A stretch of DNA of 64,000 nucleotides, taken from contig CP010424.1 of assembly GCA_000830275.1 (NCBI GenBank), positions 622,782-686,781 on the forward strand, in the 5' to 3' direction. A program made the translations under genes and the position numbers. Source of the DNA: an archaeon GW2011_AR10. Its GTDB lineage: Archaea; Iainarchaeota; Iainarchaeia; Iainarchaeales; GW2011-AR10. Below are positions 36,037-47,700 of the stretch, piece after piece. The notes below the pieces were generated by a model that ran no database searches, was not told the origin of the DNA, and was given only the letters and a program-made list of their open reading frames with translations. Every line of letters begins with the position of its first letter. The stretch's first letter is position 1.

Positions 36037-36918
36037 ATGGCAGCAAAGAGGAAAACAGGGAAAGAGAGCTTAGCCAGAATATTGGTTAAAGGAACTGGGA
36101 ACAGCATTTGGTTCACAGCAAAGGCTCCGTTCACGGCAGGCTGGTGGGTTTCAAAGAAAGGCGTAAAGGCAACAGGGTGGCTTGCCAAGAAGGGCACAAA
36201 AGCAGGAAGTTGGTTGGGAAAAAAAGGAGTTAAGGCTAGCGCAGTTGCAGGGGCTTGGGCGGGAAAGAAGACAGCGTCGGCTATGAAGAGGCTCATAAAA
36301 AGCCCTTACGTTAGGTCTGCTGGCGCCGGGGTTATTGTTTACCAGTTTCCCAGCACAACCATTAAGCTGATTTTAACTGGAGTAAAATGGAGCGCAATTG
36401 GGGCTTACACTTTTCCAGGCGTGGTGATTCCAGCTGCCCTCGGTGCCGGAACATACCACTACTTTAAGGACGCCAGGAGAAGAAAGGTTATCTGGCAGTT
36501 GGTTTCAGCAGGGAAAGACCTTGCATGGGAAAGGATTGGCGGCAAGCTGTTCATTAAGGGTGGTGACGGAAAAAATCGTTTCAGGTGGAGCCCAACGGAA
36601 CTCATAGTGTTGGCTACTGAAAGGGCAAGGAAAGGGATAGCAGGGAGAAGAGAGACCAGGGAGGCCAGGCAAAGGCTTTTGAAGGCATTGGATGAACCAA
36701 GCATGAAAAAATTTGTTTCTGGAATCAGAAAGGAAATTGAAGCGATTCATAGTAGGGCTGCAAGGAAGGCAAAAGCAGTTAGTGGCCAATCAATAGTTGA
36801 TGGCGCGGAAGTGCTCAATGAAACCAGAAAAATCAAAGCCATCTTTACTGGAAAGTTCGAAAGGAAAACTGGAATAAAGCTGAGTGAAAGGCAGGTTGAT
36901 GAAATTTTGAGCGGGTGA
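36037..36918 (+). CDS. Hypothetical basic protein with N-terminal KKG-[VT]-KA-x2-WL tandem repeats
   Basis: GWWVSKKGVKATGWLAKKGTKAGSWLGKKGVKASAVAGAWAGKK; no recognised domain. Confidence 0.4.
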   Translation: MAAKRKTGKESLARILVKGTGNSIWFTAKAPFTAGWWVSKKGVKATGWLAKKGTKAGSWLGKKGVKASAVAGAWAGKKTASAMKRLIKSPYVRSAGAGVIVYQFPSTTIKLILTGVKWSAIGAYTFPGVVIPAALGAGTYHYFKDARRRKVIWQLVSAGKDLAWERIGGKLFIKGGDGKNRFRWSPTELIVLATERARKGIAGRRETREARQRLLKALDEPSMKKFVSGIRKEIEAIHSRAARKAKAVSGQSIVDGAEVLNETRKIKAIFTGKFERKTGIKLSERQVDEILSG

Positions 36919-36932
36919 ACAATTAAATATAG

Positions 36933-36986
36933 CAAAACGCTTAAGTAATTGAACATTGAAACAAAACGCTTAAGTAATTGAACATT
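36933..36986. repeat. Tandem direct repeat, two copies of CAAAACGCTTAAGTAATTGAACATT, 29-bp period
   Basis: Units at 36933-36957 and 36962-36986, immediately upstream of site B. Confidence 0.6.
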
Positions 36987-37004
36987 TAAATTGCATTTTG
37001 CATC

Positions 37005-37048
37005 TAGCAAACAGCAATAAAAAGTTCAAAAATATAAGCTGTTTGCTA
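37005..37048 (+). promoter_or_regulatory. Recurrent inverted-repeat element, site B
   Basis: TAGCAAACAGC-N22-GCTGTTTGCTA, about 55 nt upstream of the 37103 start; spacer differs from sites A and C but keeps GTTCAAAAAT. Confidence 0.5.
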
Positions 37049-37102
37049 TACAATAAACTTAGTAATGTTAAGTAATGGAATGCTGTGGGTTAAGGTGGTT
37101 GG

Positions 37103-37696
37103 TTGGATAAGAGATGGAAAAACCTGTTGCTCTTGGGGGTTTTAATTCTGGTTGTTGCAGCTGCGGCATTTATTATTCTTCAGCCAGGACCTGGAAGGGC
37201 AAAGACGTTTGGAGAGGGGTTTGAGGAAATGAAAGCATTTTTTGCAGGAAAAGGAATTGATGCCGGGGCGTTAGACATTGAGGACTTGGCTGCTCTGTCT
37301 TCGGCTGAACTTGCAGAGCTAAAAGTTGAGTTGCAGTCTTTTGCAAGTTCGTTTAATGGGCCTGGCTCTGCAAAAGAGCTTGCGGGAGTTTATGTTTCAG
37401 CAATTGATTTGGGGGCCAAGTCAAAAGCGCAGGGCAAAAAAACCAACCAAATTGATGCCCTCAGCCTGCAGGACTACTGTTCAAACATTGTGCTGTTCAA
37501 GGAAAGGGATTCACTGGAGGAGGAAAAAATTGGTTTGCTGGAGCAATTGAAAACAAATATTAATTCTTTTGTTGGAAAGTACTCAAATGAGGCACAGCAG
37601 ATAGGGCTTAAACCGCTTGAAGTGGACATTGAAGCGCTGCGCTCTGCAAATGGTGAGAGAGCAACGGTAACAGCGCAGCTAGAGGGAGCATGCTGA
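37103..37696 (+). CDS. Hypothetical membrane-anchored protein
   Basis: 197 aa with N-terminal signal anchor (LLLLGVLILVVAAAAFIIL); TTG start in track. Confidence 0.4.
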   Translation: MDKRWKNLLLLGVLILVVAAAAFIILQPGPGRAKTFGEGFEEMKAFFAGKGIDAGALDIEDLAALSSAELAELKVELQSFASSFNGPGSAKELAGVYVSAIDLGAKSKAQGKKTNQIDALSLQDYCSNIVLFKERDSLEEEKIGLLEQLKTNINSFVGKYSNEAQQIGLKPLEVDIEALRSANGERATVTAQLEGAC

Positions 37697-37706
37697 GTGA
37701 TTTGAA

Positions 37707-39152
37707 ATGAACAGAAAAGTTTTTGCGCTTGCAGCGTTCTTGTTTTTTGCTGTTCTGGTTTTACCAAGTGCATTCGCGCTTCAGAGCTGCGCTTTTGCTT
37801 ATGACTTGGGCGTTAACGGGCAGTTTAATCTGCCGAATTACTGCGGAATGAACCTCAATCAGAAAATTGAGTTCAAATACCCTGTTCCGGAAAGGAACTA
37901 TTCGGTTACTGTCTTCTCGTTGAGGTTGATTAGATTCAATCAGAATAAGGCAGGAACATATTTACCATTTAACGATGACAGCTGGTCGTTCCTTATTGAA
38001 AATGATTTGTTTGGAACAAGAGGCGAATTTGTTATCAATGAAGACACTACTGATTCCCGAGGAATAGGCAGGGGGATTGGAACAATTTCAATATATGTTG
38101 ACTCACAGTCAGCTGATTTTGCTTCACAGATTGAGAGGTTGACCATTAACTTTGACAGCAGGCAAATATACGAGCAGTTGAACAAACGCGTGGCAGAAGG
38201 AGAGTCTTCTCTTGGAGAGTTGGTTGGCTTTGGGGAAAATTTCACCCCTAATTTGCCTGCAACTCAAGGCGGCCAGTGCCAGCCGGCTTACACTGTTCCG
38301 AGCAGCGGAAAATTCAGGCTGCCACAGCCTTGCACAGCGGTTCCCGGCCAGCAAATTTCTTTCATGTTCAGGCAGACAGAGTTAAGTTCTCCTGTTGAAT
38401 TGTTTGTTTTAAGGTATGAAAACATAAGGCCAGATTCTTTGGATTATTGGTATGACAATGATTTGCTTGAGTTCTCTGTGATTGACAGGCTCACAGGCCA
38501 AAGAAATGTTTTGAACGCGGAGGAAAATCAGGGTGGCTCTTCTAAAGTGGGAAATTATGCTGGGGTTTTCCTTAATGCAGACACCATTACTGAGGCAGGC
38601 TCGATTAAGGTGAAGAACCTTAACATTGAAATTTACCCACAAGAACTCAGCGGACTGACATCAGAGTTTCCTGGTTTGCTTGAACAGGTTAGCTCCAATA
38701 AAGTTGATGAAAAAACCAAAGCAGCAATTAATGCAAAGTTTGCAAACGATGAGGCAGCAGATGATTCAGAGGGAATTGCCGTTGCCGTGAAGGATTCAAC
38801 ATCAAAAACCTCAGGAGATGCCTGGGCTTCATCTCCTCCAAAAAAAGGAACTTATGTTTGGGCTTGGCAGCTTGAAGGCGCGACAATTCAGCAGCTTAAT
38901 GATAACAAGGAAAAAGTTACAATAAAGCAGGAAGTCGGCAGCGAGTTTGTTGAAACCAGTGTTCCAATAAATGTTTCATCCTCGTTCAAAGACACAGAAG
39001 GAAACGATGTCGTGGGGGCATTTTACCTGGTGGAATTCAGGGACGCGGGAAAATACAGGGTTTTGGTTGAAGGGCAGGTTGTGAAAAACTTGCTGGTGTT
39101 CGTGAAAAGCGGCAATACGGGGTATGAGATAATAAAGCTCACGGGGCAGTGA
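37707..39152 (+). CDS. Secreted protein with signal peptide
   Basis: MNRKVFALAAFLFFAVLVLPSAFA then a Cys-containing mature region; no recognised domain. Confidence 0.45.
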   Translation: MNRKVFALAAFLFFAVLVLPSAFALQSCAFAYDLGVNGQFNLPNYCGMNLNQKIEFKYPVPERNYSVTVFSLRLIRFNQNKAGTYLPFNDDSWSFLIENDLFGTRGEFVINEDTTDSRGIGRGIGTISIYVDSQSADFASQIERLTINFDSRQIYEQLNKRVAEGESSLGELVGFGENFTPNLPATQGGQCQPAYTVPSSGKFRLPQPCTAVPGQQISFMFRQTELSSPVELFVLRYENIRPDSLDYWYDNDLLEFSVIDRLTGQRNVLNAEENQGGSSKVGNYAGVFLNADTITEAGSIKVKNLNIEIYPQELSGLTSEFPGLLEQVSSNKVDEKTKAAINAKFANDEAADDSEGIAVAVKDSTSKTSGDAWASSPPKKGTYVWAWQLEGATIQQLNDNKEKVTIKQEVGSEFVETSVPINVSSSFKDTEGNDVVGAFYLVEFRDAGKYRVLVEGQVVKNLLVFVKSGNTGYEIIKLTGQ

Positions 39153-39156
39153 AAAA

Positions 39157-40662
39157 ATGAAAAACAAAATCTTTGTTGCAGTTGCAGTTGTTTTGCTTGC
39201 AGTACTGGTTTTCGCAGCTGAAGCAGGCATTGAAGGCATTACAACAACAGAGGACGGCCAAGGAGCTGATGTTGACAACTTTTCAACAATTTTTGGAGCA
39301 CAACAGCCAACAGAATTGGTTGAAATAACCGGAAAGCCGGTTATTCTTTCCGTTTCGGTTGATGGAAAAACTTTCAGGTGCGCGACAGAAGAGCAGCCGG
39401 GAAAGTTCAGGCTTACTTCTGAATGCAAGGACATTCCGGTTAACTTGGCTGAAAATTCAGCGTTGGCGGTTGAATTCAAGTCATTGGAGAATGCGAAGTG
39501 GACAACCCTTGACATCTGGGCGATGCAAAGCGATTTGGTTCCTTTGTTTGAAAACATGGACAAGGACTTTGAGGAAACAAGGCTGAGGCAGTTCATTTTC
39601 AAGCAGCCGTACAGTTCAAATACAGCGTTGAACCTGCAAAGTGAAACCGACACGAAAAGCGGTTACGCTGAAAAGAAAACACAGGAATGGAAGGGCCTGA
39701 AACCGGAAAACTTTTTCCAGTACATTGAAGGAAAAAATGATGATTCAGGATATTACGTCCTTGTGGAGCAGTCAACTGTTGGGGCTGATGGCCCTTACAC
39801 TGATTCTGAACTTGTTTCAATCCAGCTTAGCAATGTTAAGGCGCCAGCGCCTTCATTCAATTTGAGGTTCACTGAGGTGAGGGCAAAGGACAACTCGGTT
39901 TTGAAACAGAACAGCTCTGGCTTAACCTCTTACAGTTTTTCTGAACCACGGGAATTCAAGCTGAAAATTGAGGGAATTGACATAGCAAAAAACCTTTACC
40001 TTTCAAGCGGTGAAAACTCATGCAGCAAAGTGATTGAGGCAGTGAAAACAACTGCATCTGCTGGGACTCAAGGAGAAACAAGAGTTATGGGAATGGTTTT
40101 GCTCGCAGAGGATTCAACTGCAAAGGATTGGGGTGAAGCAGCAGGCACTAACACAAGGACTGCTGTTAGAACAGCTGGAACTTGGACTGGCAGGATTGTC
40201 AATGGAGCATGGATTATCGTTAGCGAATTTGGTTCAGGGTTCTGGGAAGGCGTAACTGCTTCAAGCCCGGAAGCCGCAACAACAGAAGAAATTAATGATA
40301 TTCAGGTTCAGGAAACGCAGCCAGAACCAGGAAGCACTCCGCAGCCTGCTGCTGAACCTGTTGAGGAGGAAGCCGAAATAACCCTTAACGAAAAAGACAA
40401 TGTTGTTGAGGGAAAGTTTTACCCTGTTCCAACCGGCACAATAAAAAAAGATTCAGCGCTCTGGAAGATTGCTCAGATTGACGGAGTGAACGTTTCAGCA
40501 ATAAAGGGGGAGAGTTACACTTTTTTCGCGTGCCAGGAAAGCGGAAGCAGCTACAAGGAAGCAAAAATAACCGTGAGCTTTCCAAGCGAGCCGGGAGAAT
40601 GCTCAACAATTAGGCAGTGCCTTGCAATAACCGACAAAAAGTTTGTTGAAAGGCTTGGGTAA
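39157..40662 (+). CDS. Secreted protein with signal peptide
   Basis: MKNKIFVAVAVVLLAVLVFAAEA; no recognised domain; sits 4 bp after the previous gene. Confidence 0.45.
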   Translation: MKNKIFVAVAVVLLAVLVFAAEAGIEGITTTEDGQGADVDNFSTIFGAQQPTELVEITGKPVILSVSVDGKTFRCATEEQPGKFRLTSECKDIPVNLAENSALAVEFKSLENAKWTTLDIWAMQSDLVPLFENMDKDFEETRLRQFIFKQPYSSNTALNLQSETDTKSGYAEKKTQEWKGLKPENFFQYIEGKNDDSGYYVLVEQSTVGADGPYTDSELVSIQLSNVKAPAPSFNLRFTEVRAKDNSVLKQNSSGLTSYSFSEPREFKLKIEGIDIAKNLYLSSGENSCSKVIEAVKTTASAGTQGETRVMGMVLLAEDSTAKDWGEAAGTNTRTAVRTAGTWTGRIVNGAWIIVSEFGSGFWEGVTASSPEAATTEEINDIQVQETQPEPGSTPQPAAEPVEEEAEITLNEKDNVVEGKFYPVPTGTIKKDSALWKIAQIDGVNVSAIKGESYTFFACQESGSSYKEAKITVSFPSEPGECSTIRQCLAITDKKFVERLG

Positions 40663-40743
40663 ATTTTTGGCGAAATATTTTTGAGTTTGAACAACCAAAA
40701 CAAATAAATTCTTTGGATTGATACTATTTATAGGTGTTGGAGA

Positions 40744-40956
40744 ATGGCTAATGGGAAAACCGTTGTTTTGAAGAAGGAAGCTATTAATGAATTAAGGAAA
40801 GAAGCTAACCGGCTTAGAAGTGATTTTAAGGGGTATCTTGAGGATTTGGAGCTGATGAGCAATCCTGCTTTTTGGAAATCTGTTGAGGAGTTGCAGTCCG
40901 GAAAATTGAAGAAATATGATTCGCTGGAAGAATTTTTCAAAGAGCTTGAAAGCTGA
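40744..40956 (+). CDS. Putative antitoxin partner of the RelE-family toxin
   Basis: 70 aa, charged; its TGA overlaps the toxin ATG (ATGA at 40953-40958). Assigned by position, not motif. Confidence 0.5.
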   Translation: MANGKTVVLKKEAINELRKEANRLRSDFKGYLEDLELMSNPAFWKSVEELQSGKLKKYDSLEEFFKELES

Positions 40957-41204
40957 TGCCTTATAGTTATTCTTTTTCCAGCGAATTCAAAAAGTCATTC
41001 AAGAAACTTGACCGCAGAATGAAAATTCTTGTTAAAAAGAAGATTGCCAAGATTGCAGAGAACCCTGAACTTGGAAAACCGTTGCATAAGCCTTTGCAGA
41101 ACTTCAAAAGTGAAAGAGTTGAGAAAATGCGGATAGTCTATGCTTTTGACGGCAAATCAATCGAGTTTGCATTGCTTGACGACAGAGGACATGTTTACGG
41201 TTAA
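40956..41204 (+). CDS. relE: RelE/ParE-family toxin
   Basis: 82 aa; pattern FKKSFKKLDRRMKILVKKKIAKIAENPELGKPL...RVEKMRIVYAFDGKSIEFALLDDRGHVY matches RelE-type mRNA interferases. Confidence 0.65.
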   Translation: MPYSYSFSSEFKKSFKKLDRRMKILVKKKIAKIAENPELGKPLHKPLQNFKSERVEKMRIVYAFDGKSIEFALLDDRGHVYG

Positions 41205-41248
41205 AAATGGCATGAAGAACTTCGATTTACGGCAAACAGTTTGGCAAT

Positions 41249-41581
41249 TCAGCTTTTCAGTTTGTCAATTTTTGCTGCAAGAATGAAATCATTATCGTGA
41301 AGCCCCTGAATTTTGTGAGTGTAGTTTGTTAAGGTAACCTTGTTGTAAGAAATTAGTATGTCTGAATGGTGGCGCTCTAGTTCCATTATGGCTGCAGCCT
41401 TATTGACGAAAGCCATTGCTTCAATGAAATTCTTGAACTTGAACTGCTTGCGGATTTTTTTCGAGTTCGCTGTCAGGCTCCAACCTGAAACCTGCCGCAG
41501 AAACTTTTTTGCTTTTTTTTCTTCCATTGGAGGAATTCCTCCCCTGCAAGGAATGCAGTCCTTTGATTCAAGTTTGCTCAT
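41249..41581 (-). CDS. Pterin-4a-carbinolamine dehydratase (PCD/DCoH)-like protein
   Basis: 110 aa; WSL...KQFKFKNFIEAMAFVNKAAAIMELERHHSDILISYNKVTLTNYTH...GLHDNDFILAAKID follows the PCD pattern. Confidence 0.6.
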   Translation of the reverse strand: MSKLESKDCIPCRGGIPPMEEKKAKKFLRQVSGWSLTANSKKIRKQFKFKNFIEAMAFVNKAAAIMELERHHSDILISYNKVTLTNYTHKIQGLHDNDFILAAKIDKLKS

Positions 41582-41671
41582 TAAACCACCCCCATATTTA
41601 GTGAAAAAATACTAATTTAAGGGCCTGCTTTAATGGTTAAAATTTGGTTTTCTGCGAAGCTGCGTTTTGAT

Positions 41672-41691
41672 AAACCTTTTTTAAAAGGTTT
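41672..41691. promoter_or_regulatory. Inverted repeat AAACCTTTT-TT-AAAAGGTTT upstream of giant gene 1
   Basis: 9-bp perfect arms with a 2-nt spacer, about 95 nt upstream of ATG 41784; a TATA-like TACTATATAA lies at 41742-41751. Confidence 0.3.
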
Positions 41692-41783
41692 TTGGCTGGA
41701 GAAGGGAGCATCCTTAATATATTAGTTTTCACTTTTAATACTACTATATAATGCGTTGAATGCTTTGCGCGCGAGGCCTTTTC

Positions 41784-44700
41784 ATGGGGATTTCCGAGAC
41801 ATTGAGCGGATTTTACGCCAAACTGGAGGACAAGTTCTATGGCATTGCGGACTTCTTTGACAGCAAAGGCATTCCGGTTAACAGCGCGATTGACTGGGTT
41901 GAGGACAAGGGCATTCCTGCTTTTCCTCTGACAATTGCGGCAATTGTTGTTGTTGTAGCGCTGCTTTACGGTTTCGTGTTTGCTGCAACACAGCAAGTAA
42001 CTGTTGTTTTTGACCTGAAGGACAACAATGGAAACGCGTTAAGCCAGGTTAGGGTTAGCGCGGTTAATTCGGCAGGCAACAATGTTCCCTTAGGCAAAAC
42101 TTCCTTTAAGGACGGGGAAGACGTAACACTTGCTGGAGTGCCTGTTGGCGGCACAATAAAGTTTTCCTCTCAAAAGGAAGGTTACATTGATGGAAAGTTT
42201 TCACTGCAGGTTTCAGGCACTGAAAACCTTGCATTGCTGCGCATGAAAAAGGATGTGCAGACAATCGTGGGGCAAATAAGCCTTGTTGACACTGAAACAG
42301 GGGACCCTGTTGGAGAGGCACAAGTTATTGCAACCTTAAGCGACAAATCAACTGTTGAATGCAATGCCGGGGAGAGCATTGGGGCTTATGAGTGCGTTGG
42401 AGTGCTCGAGGGTGACAGCGCAAAAGTTGATGTTAGGACAAGCAACTTTGAGGACAGCTCCTTCACTGTTTCTTTCTTCGAGGGAAGCGTCAGCGAGTTT
42501 GAACTGCAGCCAAAGGCTTCCGCTGCAGAAGGAAAAAGCAGCCTAATTATCAGGGTTGTGGATTCTGCAACAGAGCAGAGAGTGCAGGGCGCTACAATCA
42601 GAATATTTGACGCTGATGATGAGGGCTTAATCAGTGAGGTAACTGACGAGGATGGGGAGTACATTGAAAGGGTTGACAAGGGGTTATCCTTAAGAGTGGT
42701 TGTTTCAAGGGACGGTTACATAAAGTATGATTCCGGCGCTGAAGGAATCGAGAGGACAATGCGGGATGACGAGGAGCTGTGGCTTGTCAGCATGGTGGAA
42801 GGCGGGGCAACTGTTACTGTTAGGGTAAGGGATGCTGGCGGAGCGCCACTAACAGGGGTTGTTGTTTCATTGTTCAACAGCGAGGCGGAACTGCTGGATG
42901 AAGAGAAAACATTGTTTGCCGGGGAAGTTGATTTTTCTGACTTGAATGCGGAAGCAACTTATTTTGTTACGGCTTTCCTTGACAGGTATGTTCCTGCAAG
43001 AGAAATCGTGAGGCCGCTGCAAAGCAAGGAACTTGACATAGAGCTGGAGCGATTAACGCAGTCAAATTCCTCCAATCTCAGGGTTTTTGTTGTTGATGAA
43101 CGTAACAGTGCGGTAAACAATGCGTTCCTTAACTTCTTTGAATTAGAGGACGGGAAGAAAACCCCTTCAGGAATACCGCAGCAGAAAAGTGATGTAACTG
43201 GAAAAGCAACTGTGCCTGTGTCAGTAAACATTTCAATGCTTGTTGAAGCGGTTAAGGGAGCGCAGCGCGGCGAAGCCGAGGTTGAAATCAAGCAGCAGGG
43301 CCTCAATGAGGCGCTTGTAACTGTTCGCAAGGAGCTTGGCCTAGTGACCTTTGCTCTGCTGGATGAAGACAAGGAACCAGTTCAGGGAGGGCATTTAACA
43401 ATTAAAAGCGGTGCAGGGGAAGAGCTGTTCAGGGCAACTCTTTCAGGGCAGAATGAAGTAACAGTTGATGTCGGGGAAAACGATTACGTGAAGATTGACT
43501 TCCTCGGCACTGACGGCAAAACACACGCGGAAGAAATTTATGTTAAGGAACAATCAAGGGTTGAAGTAATAATTGGCGGAAAGGGTTCTGCTAGTCTTTC
43601 CCCCACGCTGGAGTTTTTGGGGGTTTTCAGTGCAAGCGGTGCAGAGGTTGAGGGAATAAAGCGCGGGCAAGATTATTTCCTAAAGTTTCAGGTTGTTTTT
43701 CCTGAGGGCAAAGGAAATTATGGCATGCACGTGAGGGTTGGGGATGACTCGGTTAAGTTTGCTGACTCGCAGGATGTCGGCATAATTGGTTTGAGTGCAA
43801 CTGGTGCACAGGCTTTTTATGGAAGAACTTTCTCTCCTTTCCCGGAACCGGGCTTTGAGGGGGTTGACATGCAGAACGAGGGAAACCCGGGAGGATACAA
43901 CAAGTTTGTTGAGCTTTCCTTCACTGAAGGTGGAACAAAAATCGTCAAAGTGAGGGTTAAGGCAAAGGAAACAGCAACTGATTCAAGCTTTGATGTTAAG
44001 TTCAGGGCATGGAGTGAAGCAGGCAGAAGCTTTTATCGCGCACCAGTTGATTCAGTGCTTGAAACAGCAGCGTTTTCAAGCGAAAAAGGAACCTTGTACG
44101 CTGAAACATTGAAGGAAAGCGTGAGGATTTTCCAGACTGATTCGAGCTGCGAAGACGACTTGTGTGCTGGCTTCAAGTTCATCAGGAGCAATGACTCTGA
44201 GTTCGCGCCTGAAGACTTCAAGGCAGTGGTTGGAGAGGTTTACGCGCTTGAAGTGGAGCTTAACCCGAGCAAGGAAATTGACGCAACAATCAGGGCGGTC
44301 ACTTCGCGAAGCAACCCGAAAATTTTCTGGCAAGGATATGGAATTGACAACTTCATTGACTTTCCTGACAACAACAAGCAGGAAACCTCCATTGAAGTGA
44401 AAGGAATTACTGCAATGCCGGGGCAGGCAGTCAAGACAAGGCTTTTCTTTAAGACGGTTGAGCTGGAAACCGCTTCAATCACGCTGCAGGTTGTAACAGC
44501 AGATGATGTTTTGAACGAGTCCTTCTTTTTCGATATTTTCCTTGAAAGGGACATGGAGTTCTCAATCCAGCCTGATGAGGTAACTTTGGGAAAGGACTTC
44601 AGCATCCTGTTAAAGGAGGATACTGGAAAAGGGATTGAGAACGCAACGATTAAGCTGAAGGACAAGGACGGAAAGCACATTGAAACAATTATCGGGGATG

Positions 44701-47700
44701 GTTCCCTTGGAAAAGGGCTTGATGGAAAATACGATGTAAAAAACTCTTTTGATCCTGGAGTGATAAAATACGAAATCGCTGCTGAGGGATTCAAGCCTGT
44801 TGAGGGAGAACTTCAGGTGCTTAAAACCGGGGTGCTGAGGCTGCCGGAGGAAGTGCAGGTAAGCATTCCTGCTGGGCAGGAACAGGCAAGCGTTTCAGTA
44901 AACCTCGAAAATATTTCAGAGGAGTTAGTGCAGGACATACAGTTTGAGGTGAAGAGGCGCGGCAATTTCCCTGTTGGAATGGAGCTGAAGGCAGGCGGGG
45001 TTTCATCCATTCAGGCTAACTCAACTTACAGGGTGCCGTTTACTGCAGCTTACCATGGAATTGCCGAAAGAGAGCACGGCGAGGTTGATGTTATTGCAAG
45101 GGGCAGGGTGCTTGGCAAGTACTCTGTCAGCGCTGAAACAAGAGTGAAAATTGACTTTAACCCCGAGGTTGACCCGGCAGACATTGAGTTCAGCAAGTCA
45201 AAGTTAGTGGCTTACCTTGCAAGCGGCTACGACAACAGGCAGTTCTATGACAACAGCTATAATCAGCGTTACCCTTCAGGCTATGACAGTTCCCTGTACG
45301 GCACTGGTGGCAGCTCTCCGTATGGCACTTCCCAGTACGGCACTGGTGGCACTTCCCAGTACGGCACTGATTACTCCGGCGCAGGCTACTATGACAGCAC
45401 TTCATATCCTTACAGTTACTCCAACAACGTTTACGCGCAAAGGTACTATCCTTCTTATTTGACTGGCTATGGTTCAACTGATTACTCCAACTATAATGAC
45501 ACTCTCCCATACCGTTACCTTAATTACTCAAGCGCGCAGCAGGTTGAGTTCACTATCAGGAACAACTCTGACCTTGACTTGGTGCTGGTGCCGGATGTTG
45601 TAGCAGAGGACAAAATTGATGCTGAGGGAATACAGGTTGATGTGCCGCAGGTTACGCTGAAAAAAAAGGGCACAGCTGTCGGCGGGAGAAGAGAGGACGA
45701 GAAAGCAGTGAAGGTTTCCATAACAAACAAGCTGCTTAGGAATTATCCAAACAAGCAGTCATTCAAGTTTGACCTTGTGTTCAAATCAGATGCAGTCACT
45801 AAGTCCATTCCGCTGGAGATTTTCATTTGGAGCCCAAAGTTTGCGCTGGAAATGCAGCGCAATGTTGAGCTGTGGCTTTCACAGGAAACTCCAACGTCGA
45901 GGGCAATTGCTCAGGTTCCATTGTTTGTGAGGAACGTTGGTTTGGCGCCTGTTGAAAACATTGTGTTCAGGGCTTCGAGCGCGAGCCTTCGCGGCAATGT
46001 CAATGTCAGAGTAATTCCTGCTGTGCCTGTTCCATTCCTTGACAAGGGGCAGGCAATAACTCCGCCGCCAGCGCTTGTGGCTGAAGCAATTAGAACAGAG
46101 AAGACAACCCTGCTGGATGTGAAGCAGATTGACGTGTTTGGAACCATTGACGGAAGGCAGTACGAGTTCGGGCCAATTTTTGTGACAACCCACATTTCTA
46201 GGCCGGAGTGCTTGGTTGTTGTGCCTAACTCGCTTGAATTCCTAAGCGAAAAGGAAACAGGGGCAATAACAAAGGAATTGAAGGTTAAAAACACTTGCGC
46301 TGAAGAGGTAAGGGTTAGGCTCATTGAGCCAAGAGAGTTTGGCTCAAACAGTCTTGACTTGGCGTTTCCTGATGAAGTTGTTCCGCCGGGAAGTGATAGG
46401 CCAATTCAAATAATTTTAACCAAGAACGAGGCGTGGAATGCGCAAACACAGGTTTTTTTGCGCGGCTTCCTTGTGAGAAGCGGCAGGTTCACTTCCTCTA
46501 ACCCAATAAACGTTAACCTCAACATAGGCAAGCAGGGAGTGCAGGACAAAGTAGCTGTTGAAGAAATTTCTGTGCCGGTGTGTGGTGAGGAAGGAAAGGC
46601 AGCTGAAGAAAAGCTCGTTGCGTTTCCGAAGATTGCAACAGGCAATGACTGCAGCAACGCTTACTGTGATGCAAAACAGCTTTCAGAGTTCTTGGCTGAA
46701 AAAATCAGAAGCAGAATTGATGAAACAAAGAGGCAGGTAACCAACTACAAATCTGACTTGCTGAATGTGCCTACTTGCGAAACGCATTCATCAGGCTACT
46801 GTTCTTTTGCTGACTTGGGGCTTTCAGGGGAGAGCTTCAGCGTTTACTTCCAGAACGACATTCTTTCACCGCAGCTACTGAAGGAAGCCCTAAGCGGGAA
46901 AGGCGCGGACCTTGCTTCTTACAGAACAGACTATGCTTCAGGCTCTGATCCGGGCAGGTTTTTGGGGCAGATTGGAAAACAGGTTTTAATCAACGGAAGG
47001 ATTGAGGGGTGCGGGCGCTATAGAATGTCTGTTAACGGAGCAGTGAAAGTGCAGGGCTCGCAGCTGCAGCCTGACCTAATGGTGATACTAATTGATGTGA
47101 ACCCGGAGGGAGAAGCACTGGACAATGCAGAGGGAGCAGCAGGGGGAGCAATGACAGGAAAAGAAGTAACGGAGCAGTGCCTGCCGAAGATACAAAACAT
47201 TGCGAACTTTTTGCCGCTGGATGAAGGGTTCACTCCAGCCAACAGAAAGGACACTTTGCTTGGACTGGTTGATGTCGGCGGTGAAACACCTGAGGAAAAG
47301 CAAAAGCTTGAGGGTTTGGGAAAAGAGGTTGCAACTGGAATGTTTGGGAACGAGGCAAGGTTTGTGCAGAACGCAACCACTTCCAACAGATTGAACCTGC
47401 AGATTGGCGAAACAACTGGTTACTTGGTTAAGGTTGACATTGAGAAAACAGGGGAGGGGGCAAAGAAGACAGTGAAAGCATTCATTCAGGATGCTGGAAC
47501 TAATGCAGAAAAGCAGGGCAAGGTTGCGAAGGAGGCAGCACAAGCAATAATCGGCTTGAGGAACAACGCGATTGACGGATGCATTTCAGCAAACGATGAT
47601 TATGCTTTGCTGAAGTCAGCTGCAGAAGTTGGGGAACTTGAGATAATGGCGTGCAAGGACAGCAAGTTAAGGATTTCAGTTGGAGAGAGCTGCTGTGATA

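Noticed and set aside
41760-41783. Upstream ATG at 41760 as the start of giant gene 1
   Set aside because: It overlaps the TATA-like box at 41742-41751, and the paralogue alignment begins at the M encoded at 41784; the 8 extra residues have no counterpart in giants 2 and 3.
42959-43372. Minus-strand ORFs inside giant gene 1 (this and several others such as 44240-44794 and 47088-47543)
   Set aside because: They lie wholly within a long plus-strand gene with strong domain signal, and their translations are Ser/Cys/Thr-rich with no motifs, as expected of antisense frames.
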